From NCBI GenBank assembly GCA_964016885.1, contig OZ024744.1, positions 42,284,001 through 42,348,000 of the forward strand: DNA of 64,000 nt, read 5' to 3'. The notes under the pieces are model-generated. The model saw only the letters and a program-made list of their open reading frames with translations, had not been told where the DNA came from and ran no database searches. Below are positions 54,231 to 64,000 of this stretch, one piece after another. This stretch comes from Eledone cirrhosa. Its lineage: Eukaryota. The position numbers and the translations under genes are program-made. The stretch's first letter is position 1. The number at the start of each line of letters is the position of its first letter.

Positions 54231-54619
54231 ATATATAATATCGTCTTTTTTTTAACGTATCATGGATTACGTTACTGATTACATTAGACAGTGTAACACA
54301 GACTTCGTACAATTTCTGTGTATATTGTCAATTACGATTGTATTTGATCATATCTAAATGCATATATACTTGCGTATAATATCAATATACACACTACACA
54401 TGCTAGCAGATATATAATATCGCCTTTTTTAATGTATCATGGATTACGTTACTGATTACATAAGAGAGTGTAACAGACTTCGTTCAATTTCTGTGTATAT
54501 TGTCAATTACGATTTTATTTCATGTATCATATCTACATGCATATATACTTGCGTATAATATCAAATTACACACTACACACGCTTGCAGAAAACCACCCGA
54601 AGGGTGGTTTTTCTGCTAG
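54231..54619 (+). mobile_element. Non-autonomous Helitron-like element with a tandemly duplicated ~180-bp body
   Basis: Terminal hairpin GCAGAAAACCACCC-GAA-GGGTGGTTTTTCTGC overlapping CTAG then T; two body copies starting ~54231 and ~54410. Confidence 0.65.
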
Positions 54620-54949
54620 TTAATATAATATAAAGAAATGGAGATATATTTTTAGTTATTTAAAAAAAGGATTTTCTTTAACCATTATGGAGATCATTAA
54701 AAATACTGGGGCAGATCAAAATGAATAGAGAATATTTGAAAGAGGCGATCAACTAAGAGGACATTTGTTGGAAATGTTCTCAAGGCAATGCATAAAGAAA
54801 ACTTATGACGATATAGTAAATGTAGAAAAAGAGTGTTTTATTGTGAAATCCCTTCAGATATTTTAGAACCTTATTTATGTAAAATTTGAAGCTGATGAAA
54901 TTCGTCAGAATAGTGACCCCAAATATAAGATCACCTCCCCATTTTATCA

Positions 54950-55177
54950 TTAACCCTTTAGTGTTCAAACCGGCCAAAACTGGCCAGAATTCTCTACCTC
55001 TTTCTGTTGAAACTGGCTGTAACTGGTCGCTCAAACTGATGTTAAGGTATTGTTCTCAAAATAAATACTTTCAAAATCTCATAGATTCGATATTATGTGA
55101 GATAATTATGCGAGGTAAAGCATTTACCATGAAAATATAATATTATTTAAAGAATAATGTGAATGCTAAAGGGTTAA
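54950..55177. mobile_element. piggyBac-type MITE
   Basis: TTAA-CCCTTTAG...CTAAAGGG-TTAA; internal similarity to 39718-40172 and 63458-63631. Confidence 0.85.
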
Positions 55178-55889
55178 GTTTTTGGTCACATATTCCTCAG
55201 CTTATAATTGAGTATATACGGTAAGGGAGATGAACCTAGCTAAAAAGCCAGTAGCTCAAGCTAACAACTGGCTTGGTCTGTTCCAATCCATCCAACCATT
55301 GCTAGCAGGGAAAACATAATAATGATGATGAGGAGGAGGGGTGAAAGGTGAAGGGGGAGGAGGAGTTTGAACAGAAGGAGGAGGTAGAGGAGTAGGAAGT
55401 TGAGGAGTATGAGGATGAAGAGATGAGGAGGAAGAGGATGAGAAAGAGGAGGGGAGGAGGCGGGGAAGAGGATGATGATGAGGAGGAGGTTGAGGAGGAG
55501 GAAAATGTAACTTAGATGTAAATTCTTCTCTTCTTTTCTTATGTGAATTTGCCCACTAATCCCCCCCCCCCCCCATGATATGGTTGTGGGGACAGTGTCC
55601 CCAGATACACTTTGAAATATGATAAAAGGGCAAGGCATCTGACAGAAATAAATAAATAAATAAATAATAATATAGATTGAGCAAAGCAACTTAAAAAATA
55701 ATCAAATGAAAAAGAAAAATATAAATAAATTGAATGCCTTTTTTTATGTGTGTGAAATAAAAATAACCCAACTTATTACTAACTACTTAGAATAACATTG
55801 AAACAGTAAACCACACAGCATCCAAGTTTATGGAGATGAAAACAATGAAATGAAAATTAGTATCGGTTGACAAAAGAAGTATGTAATAT

Positions 55890-58080
55890 GACAAGAAAGG
55901 GGTCTGGGGATGTGCTGAACAACACCTAATCAACAAAACTGCGATGTCGGAGGTGCGACAACTTAGGAGGAATATGGCTACAGTCTGGCTGGACTACAGG
56001 AAAGCTTTCGATTCAGTTCCCCACTTTTGGATGATAGAGGCCCTTCAACTTGCTAAAGTCCCAGACATTATTGTCAGAGCCATAGAGAAGCTGTCTTCTG
56101 CTTGGGCTACTATCCTAAGGTTAAAGACAGAGAGGGAGGACTCTATTTTCACTGATAAAATGAAATATCGCAGGGAGACAGTCTAAATGTGATATTATTC
56201 ATCTTGTCATTAAACCCCTTGTCTTTTCTGCTCAAGAAATGTGAAGGATACATCATTGGCTCACAGGAGGACAGAAATATGAAACTAACCAATAATTTCT
56301 TTGTGGATGATCTGAAACTATATGCCAAGAACATGGATGAGATGAAGAAAAATATTGACCTGGTTACAACGTTCTCAAAGGATATAGGAATGGAGTTTGA
56401 CCAGGATAAAAGCTCATATATGACTGTAATGCGGGGGAAAACAACAACCCAATCTAGCAACATTGTCATCAATGGCCTAAATGTTTCACCGATATCTGAT
56501 GAGGACTGCTACATATACCTGGGGATAGATGAGAACATATCATATAATGGTATATGTAATAAGGAATGCGTAACCAGGGAATACTACACCCGATTAAGAA
56601 AGATTTGGTCTTCAGAACTCTCTGCGCAAAACAAAACAGTGGCTCACAATGTGTTTGCTGTGCCTGTCCTAACACCAACATTTGGAATACTCAATTGGAC
56701 GATTGACAAAATCCGAGTAGTTGATGTTGGAACTCGAAAAATACTAAACAACACCGGAAACTTCCACATCAACAGTGACATAGACCGCCTTTACTTGAAA
56801 CGTAAGCAGGGAGGCAGAGGCCTAACATCAGTCCAGACAGCATTTGAATGTCGCATCATATCTCTACGACAACATCTACGAACATCGAAGCGTAAGAGCC
56901 CGTCTATTGAGCAAGTATATCTGCATGGAACAGATAAGATCATGAGAGTTGGGAAGGAAATCTTCGAGAGGTATTCCCTGAGTGATAATCAAAAACTCAC
57001 ATCCAAGGAAGTCGCTCAGCAGTATTGCAGTGAACCCTGGATGAAAAACTGCATGCTTATCAGCAAAAAATCATGCATGGATATGTTGCCAGGAAGCCCC
57101 AGAGGGAGAGTAATATAGATAAGGAAAGTAGTCTATCTTGGACCAACAACCACTATATTGGCCCCCACTTTGAAGGATATGCTTTTGCAATCCAAGAATA
57201 GGAAATTAACACAAAATACCTGATTCACAAAAGAGATAGGCATGCAGGCAAAACACCTAAATGTGATAACAAGTGCAAACTCCGCAGAACTAACATCGAA
57301 GATATCATCAATGTCATCAGCAGCTGTCCAAAGATGTCATTGCGGTACTATCTACCTATGAGGCATGATGTAGTGCCCAAAACACTGTACAATGCAATCC
57401 GTAAAAAAGATAGCCCCGATAATAAATACATTAAAAGCTACAGCAATGTGGAAGACTTCATGTACATAATATGAAAGAGTACTGGTGGAATGTTCTAGTA
57501 AAAACCCCAATAAATTGCAGGTATAACAGACCAGATATTATGATATGGGACAGGGAAAAGAAGGCATGCACAGTAGTGGAAATTAGCTGCCCAACAGATG
57601 CCAATATAATATCAAAGATTAGCAAAAAGGAGAATATTTATGCAGAACTGATGAGAAATCTGCAGATACTCTACCCTGATTACACCTTCAGATTTATGCC
57701 TGTGATTATTGCGGCATTGGGGTAGGTTAGTAACTGCCTCAATACAAATCTTGAGAAGCTAGGCTTCACAGGAACAGAAAGAACACAACTAGTTAGGAAA
57801 TTACAAGTACAATCCATTAACGGAACAGTAAAATATGTAAAACATTCCAAAAATTGTGCATCTAATAACTGCATATACACATGTACAGATGCAAAGCATA
57901 TACACATGCACACATACAACTCAAAACATAAACATCCATATCTACACATGCATGCATACATACATATCTACCTAGTTGATGTTGTGTAAATTCCAATGAG
58001 AGAGTCTTGTGTCTATGTTAGAAACTGACTCACTCTCTACTGGGAAAAAATTTGTGAAATTATAAAACCAGAAGAACATA
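55890..58080 (+). mobile_element. R4/Dong-like LINE family A, 3' half with 3' UTR
   Basis: WLDYRKAFDS, FFVDDLKLY, RHD, NRPDIMIWD..VEISCP; ends at (CATA)n. Confidence 0.9.
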
Positions 58081-58249
58081 CATACATACATTTGCAAAAC
58101 ATTCTTATAATTCAAGGGATGACAATTTATTTTCTTTTACAACCTTGCCACCAGAAAGGTGGCCGGTCAAAAATGTACTCGAAATTAAGAGAAAGAGAAA
58201 CATACATATGTATATACATAATTACATACATACATGCATACATACATAA

Positions 58250-60527
58250 TGAAATCTTACATGCTATTGACAAAATAGGGGATGAATATTATGACGAATT
58301 TAAAACCCCACGATTGGCGCAAATCAACACCTGTTTATATGCCTTAGGAATGACAGCGAAGAATTATCTTGGTGATAGGAGAGATATTAACACAATAAAA
58401 CTCCACTAAAAATACCATCATATATAACTAAAATATTTTTTAAAGATTGCTGACCTACAAAAAACTATAGGATATGTGACAAAACTCCTTACATGCAAAC
58501 AAAAACAAAAATAAAATTCACTCCTCACCAACAAAGAGTGAAAAATAAAATAGAAACGATGTTTGGTAACAGTAGAACCAGAACTTTTCAATATAAGCTG
58601 ATCACCCTCAAACAAAAATTGAGAGCTGTCAGTAAGAAACATTGATACCTGAAGAGGGTAGATGAAAGAAAAGTAATTAATAAAAGATTCAGATGAAACC
58701 AAACATCCGTCTATAGAGATATGAAGGGCAAAGTAATAAATGTCACTGAGGCCCCATACCAGAAAGACATAGATTCCTTCTGGAGAAAAATATGAGGTGA
58801 AAAGAAGAATTTCAACCAAGACACAGTGTGGTTAAAAGAAATGCCAAAGAGCTATTGCTCCTACGCAACAACAAAAAACATACGGAATAAATGAGGATTC
58901 ACTTGAGACTGTGATAGGAAAATTCCAGGATAAGAAAACACCAGGAAGAGACATGATTGTCGGCTACTGGTACACGAGACTGATATTCTATTAGATGTAT
59001 CTTATCAACCTCTAACAGCAAGCTCTCAAGATACACATATACCAGAATGGTTGAGATTAGCACAAACAATAATGGTCCCCAAGAACAAAGACACCCACTT
59101 GGCAAAAATTTACAAACATTGTGTGACAGAACCTGATGCATAAGATGTATACAGTCTGCCTGAAACTATTTCTCCAAGATTACTGTGAAAATAATTGTTT
59201 CTACTTTTGGCACAGCAATTACACAGTGCATTACTGGTACTTTATTTTATCGACCCCGTAAGGATGAAAGACAAAGTTAGCCATGCCGGGATTTGAACTC
59301 AGAAGATAAAGGTGTCATAACTCTATGCTGAAAACCATGGTGCCTAACGCTTTACCGATACTGCCAGTGAAAATGATAACATCATCACTGTTGAACAAGC
59401 AGCTGGAAAGAAAGGTATTTGGGGTGTGCTGAACAACTCCTAATCAACTATGATGTCGGAGGTGCGACAACTTAGGAGGAATATGGCTACAGTCTGGCTG
59501 GACTACAGGAAAGCTTTCGATTCCCCACTCTTGGATGATAGAGGCCCTCCAACTTGCTCAGACATTATTATCATACATTATTATCAGGGCCATAGAGAAA
59601 CTATCTTCTTCTTGGGCTACTATCCTAAAGTTAAAAACAAAAAAGGAAAACTCTATTTTCACTAATAAAATAAAATATCACAGGAGTAAATTTCAAGGAG
59701 ACAGTCTCTCTGTGATATTATTTATTCTGTCATTAAACCCCTTGTCCTTTCTGCTCAAGAAATGTACAGTATATAACATTGGTTCACACGAGAACAGAAA
59801 TAGGAACTTAATCTTTATGGATGACCTGAAACTCTATGCCAAAAACATAAACGGGATGAAGAAAAATCTTGACCTGGTTACATCATTCTCAAAAGGATAT
59901 AGGAATGGAGTTTGGCCAAGATAAATTTCATATATAATCGTAAAGTGAGGAAACGACAACCAAAGCTGGCATCATTTTTATCAATGGCCAAATTGTTTCA
60001 CTGATAGCTGATGATGACTGCTACAGGTACCTGGGGATAGATGAGAATATATCCTATAATGGTATTTGTAATAAGGAATGCATAACCAGGGAATGTTACA
60101 CCCGATTAAGAAAAATATGGTTTATCGGAACTAACTGCACAAAATAAAACAGTGGCTCACAATGTGTTTGCTGTGCCTGTCCTAATACCAACGATAGTCA
60201 AAATCTGAGCAAATGTTAAAACACAAAAAATTCTAAACAGCACCAGAAACTCCCACATCAACAGTGATATAGACCGCCTTTACTTGAAACGTAAGCAGGG
60301 AGGCAGAGGCTTAACATCAGCCCTGACAACATCTACAAACCTTGAAGCGTAGGAGCCCGTCTATTGAGCAAGTCTATCTGCATGAGGCAGATAAGATCAT
60401 TAGAGGTGGGAAGGAAATCCTCGAAAGATATTCCCTGCATAATAATCAAAAACTCAGACCTAGGGAAACTGCCAAGCAATACTGCAATGAATCCATGGAT
60501 GCTTATCACCAAAACATCATGCATTGA
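58250..60527 (+). mobile_element. R4/Dong-like LINE family A, degraded, with SINE insertion at 59194-59367 (-)
   Basis: Reverse-complement homology to 1-2160; FQGDSLS, FMDDLKLY. Confidence 0.85.
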
Positions 60528-60811
60528 TATGTTATATATTTTGCTATGTATTCAAACTGAATGGCACTGCATAGAATATACTAGAAGACCTTCTTTCAAC
60601 TAAGCTGTGTAATATCCTGCATCAGCTAGAATACCTTAGTAGTGGTGAAATCTTCATGCTTGCAGTTTCCTTGCAACCAGTTGTTGAATATACTTGATCC
60701 TGAGGTTTTGTTGTTGTTTTCAGTGAAAGTTTTACATATTTCCTGTCTTTTATCCAAACTCAGATAAATCAACTTGTGTTGGTATCATGCAAATATGATA
60801 AATGTGTGTGA

Positions 60812-61026
60812 CAAAAAGCACCCATCCCACACTGTAAAGTGGAGATGTAAAAGACATGGCAAAAAGCACCCAGCCCACACTGTAAAGTGGACATATAAAA
60901 GACATGGCAAAAAGCACCCAGCCCACACTGTAAAGTGGACATATAAAAGACATGGCAAAAAGCACCCAGCCCACACTGTAAAGTGGACATGTAAAAGACA
61001 TGGCAAAAAGCACCCAGCACACACTG
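60812..61026 (+). repeat. 48-bp tandem repeat x~4.5 inside a SINE/RTE tail
   Basis: Unit AAAAAGCACCCAGCCCACACTGTAAAGTGGACATATAAAAGACATGGC. Confidence 0.9.
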
Positions 61027-61263
61027 TCAATGTGGTTGATATTAGGAAGGGCATACAGCCATAGAAAAGCAGCCAATAACACTCCTATATGAATGAGACA
61101 CAGTCACTCGACCCAACTTGCCTCTAAACCCATCTAACCCATGCTAGCGTGGAAGATACACGTTAATCGATGATGAGGATGACGATGATATATAGATATA
61201 TATTAGTTAGGTGTGTAACTACAGTTACAGGCAGTGAGCATATATATACAAGTGAGCATATAT

Positions 61264-62079
61264 ATACAAGTTAATATAAATTAATATATGATAAACACCA
61301 ATATGAACATATAAGCGTTTCTATTGTAAACGACCAAGTTAGCTAGATTGAAACATACTAATTAGATTAATACAGTTTGCCTGTCTCGATTTAAAATAAT
61401 AAATCAATAAAAACAAACCCATATTGGCAATAGCCGTGATTCCTGGACAAATTTAATTTCAAAATCCAAACCTGTTCCGCAGACAAATTTAAATTTCAAA
61501 ACCCAAATAAGTTTCGCAACGATAATTTAACGATAATTTAACGGCTTCTTTTGTTGAGCTAAATTTTAATCCCATATAGAAGGCTGTTATTTCTAGCAGA
61601 ATGAGTATGGGGCTAGCTAGGAGCTGGGAAACCACGTGCGTTAGCATTTGATTACCAGTCCTCCAAAAATATTTCGAGGTGAAACATATTAATTTCTGGA
61701 TACCTGCCGATGACCACAGGAATTGGAATTTTTCACTTTTTTAAATTATCGTTGTGAAACTTATTTGGGTTTTGAAATTTAAATTTGTCTACGGAACAGG
61801 TTTGGATTTTGAAATTTAAATTTGTCCAGGTATCACGGTTATTGCCAATATGGGTTTGTTTTTATTGATTTATTATTTTAAATCGAGACAGGCAAACTGT
61901 ATTAATCTAATTAGTATTTTTCAATCTAGCTAACCTGGTCGTTTACAATACAAACGCTTATATGTTTATATTGGTGTTTATCATATATTAATTTATATTA
62001 ACTTGTATTTCATGGCTCGGAAATGCTTCTTTCTTTGAGCTAATTATTTGTAAAAGACTGTTTCAGTTTATAACTCTAA

Positions 62080-62080
<1 letters not shown>
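61264..62080 (+). mobile_element. Fold-back element E3 (arms 61264-61530 / 61741-62008, degenerate hammerhead, 3' pseudoknot tail)
   Basis: Arms are reverse complements; tail GGCTCGGAAATG..GAGC followed by long (TA)n. Confidence 0.82.
61699..61834 (+). ncRNA. Degenerate type I hammerhead with duplicated stem III
   Basis: GATACCTG-CCGATGA..GAAA..[TTTGG.TTTTGAAATTTAAATTTGTC]x2-CAGGTATC; 8-bp stem I, core U4 changed to C. Confidence 0.65.
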
Positions 62081-62149
<69 letters not shown>

Positions 62150-62499
62150 CGGTGAAGGGTAACTTGGAAAGCAGGGCATGCAGTCAATCGCCATGGTGGA
62201 GAGTAAGGCTGTGGAGCCTTACCCCACCCCCTTCACAAAATTATTTGTCGTCCTCTCCTGCATTTGTAAATGTGATATGAGCTAATTTTAATGTGAGAAA
62301 ATGCATATCTACAAACAGACCACACTTCAGGCTTGATACCACTCTCCATTAGACATGGTGTTTTCCCATTAGTAATAGTCTGGTTACAAGCCTGACATGA
62401 TATCGATTACGTGAGAAATATCAGTAAATGGTAAAACCTTTAAATAATGAAATACTTAGAATTCATCTGTAAATCAGTTCAATTCTTTGTTTCTTTTTC

Positions 62500-62860
62500 G
62501 CAAATTCATCAATAAAATGTATCAGCACCATGCTCAACCTTCAACTTCTTCATGGAAATGAAGACCAAATTGCACAATCTCATATAGTTATTTACTTGCT
62601 TTAATGAAGAAAACGATCTCTAACATGAAGCATATGTGGCAAGTATGGTCAGAATCAGGCATAATAATTGTGTAACTTCTGCCAGATCTTCCTGGATGCT
62701 TGACGCTTGCTTTGCAAAATCTACAGTATAAACTGATTTCAGCTCGCATTTCAATACATCGAAATCCAATATGTTTAAATAGACATCCAAAGATGAAAAC
62801 GCTTCCACCGGAAAAAGCTTTGGCTTCAACAATCCAACAGATCTTAACTCTCCCATTGTT
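62500..62860 (-). mobile_element. hAT transposase C-terminal dimerisation-domain remnant
   Basis: EVTQLLCLILTILATYASC*RSFSSLK resembles the hATC motif (L..P.T.A..ERSFS.LK). Confidence 0.65.
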
Positions 62861-63100
62861 TTAAATCTTCGTGATCAAGTAGGTGTCACAACAAAAAACA
62901 CCCATGACACCCTATAACTGGTTGATATTAGGAAGGCCATCCAGCCGTGAAGCCAAACCAGAATCAGTTCTTTATGAACAAGACACAGTCACCTGATCTG
63001 ACTTATTTCACAATGGGACAACTCAACTAAATCATGCTAGCATAGAAAAATGGACGTTAAATGGTGATGATAATCATGATGATTATATGTATATATTTTT

Positions 63101-63385
63101 CTAGGGTGGGTAAAATTCCCGAGATCCATGGACGAGTTCTCTCCAGTGGTCTCTGTCCCTCATTATCGCTGCCATGTCTTGTGTCTCCAACAGACCAGTG
63201 TCTGTCCTTAGGGCATCAACATACGTTAACCTTAGTCTTCCTCTTCCAGTGTGTCCATGTAGGGGCTCCCACAGGAGCACTGAGTGCAATGTCAACTCTG
63301 GATGTCGGTGAGCATGTCCAGTTAACCTCAATCTCCTCTGTGTCACTTTTCAGCTGACTTTTGGGAGGCTCCCATACAGCTCTGA
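63101..63385 (-). mobile_element. RTE-clade LINE 3' end
   Basis: RRLRLTGHAHRH..LLWEP.HG..GRGR..TYVD..DRDHWR. Confidence 0.8.
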
Positions 63386-63457
63386 GCTTTTCATCCTCAG
63401 TGTATATATATAATCATCAAATATAGACAGAAATATATTATCTCCATCTCAATGGAA

Positions 63458-63631
63458 ATTAACTGGCCATATCCAGCCAGAATTCTCTGACTTCTTTCTG
63501 TTCAAACCAGCCGTAACCAACTGCTCATACTTAAATAACAATATCTCATAGATTAGATATTATGTGAGATAAAGTGTTTACTCTGAAAATACAATAGTAT
63601 ATAAAGAGTAATGTAAATGCTAAAGGGTTAA
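63458..63631. mobile_element. piggyBac-type MITE, left end damaged
   Basis: Right end AATGCTAAAGGG-TTAA and internal homology to 54950-55177. Confidence 0.7.
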
Positions 63632-64000
63632 AGGCTAAAATCAAAATTTTCAGAGCATCATTTACAGAAATATTATACTAAATCTAGCTTAAATTATACC
63701 ATGTTGACATGTGTGTGAACCAAAAAGTAGCAGAAGCTCCCTTATATCACACCCAACTCTCTATTAAAACACAAAAGATGTAGACATTAGTAGCAGTTGG
63801 CTGGCAGGCAGAATTAAATGTCAATTAACAACTCACTAATGATTTAGTTAAAAATGACTAAAATGGTTTGTATTCGTTTTCATCAGATTCTTGTGAATAT
63901 TTTTTATATACTCAAGATTTTAATATGTAATGATACAGTCAATTAAGCTTAAAATAGTGTTATGTATGCATGGTTGTTAATTAATTACATAATAATTGTT

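Noticed and set aside
60812-61026. CRISPR-like array
   Set aside because: Contiguous repeats with no unique spacers, eukaryotic SINE context, no cas genes.

Overview
AT-rich, microsatellite-dense eukaryotic DNA with no recognisable host gene. The repeat landscape suggests a mollusc, probably a cephalopod (inference). It is almost entirely decayed and nested transposons: head-to-tail R4/Dong-like RLE LINEs in (TAA)n tracts, RTE LINEs (some with a PHD-like finger), Tx1/L1 and CRE fragments, a Penelope-like (PLE) RT+GIY-YIG ORF, two tRNA-derived SINE groups, piggyBac-type MITEs, and Helitron, hAT and mariner remnants. The strongest hidden signal is RNA-structural. Three ORF-less fold-back elements (30.4-31.2, 46.2-47.0, 61.3-62.1 kb) have arms I could not align to each other, yet share one plan: ~230-275 bp inverted arms, a ~200 bp spacer, a type I hammerhead ribozyme and a covarying 3' pseudoknot tail next to (TA)n. 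A second pair (21.6 and 25.8 kb) shares a different covarying pseudoknot ending in CTGATGAGG, and several minimal or variant hammerheads occur nearby. All alignments and folds were done by eye; boundaries are approximate.
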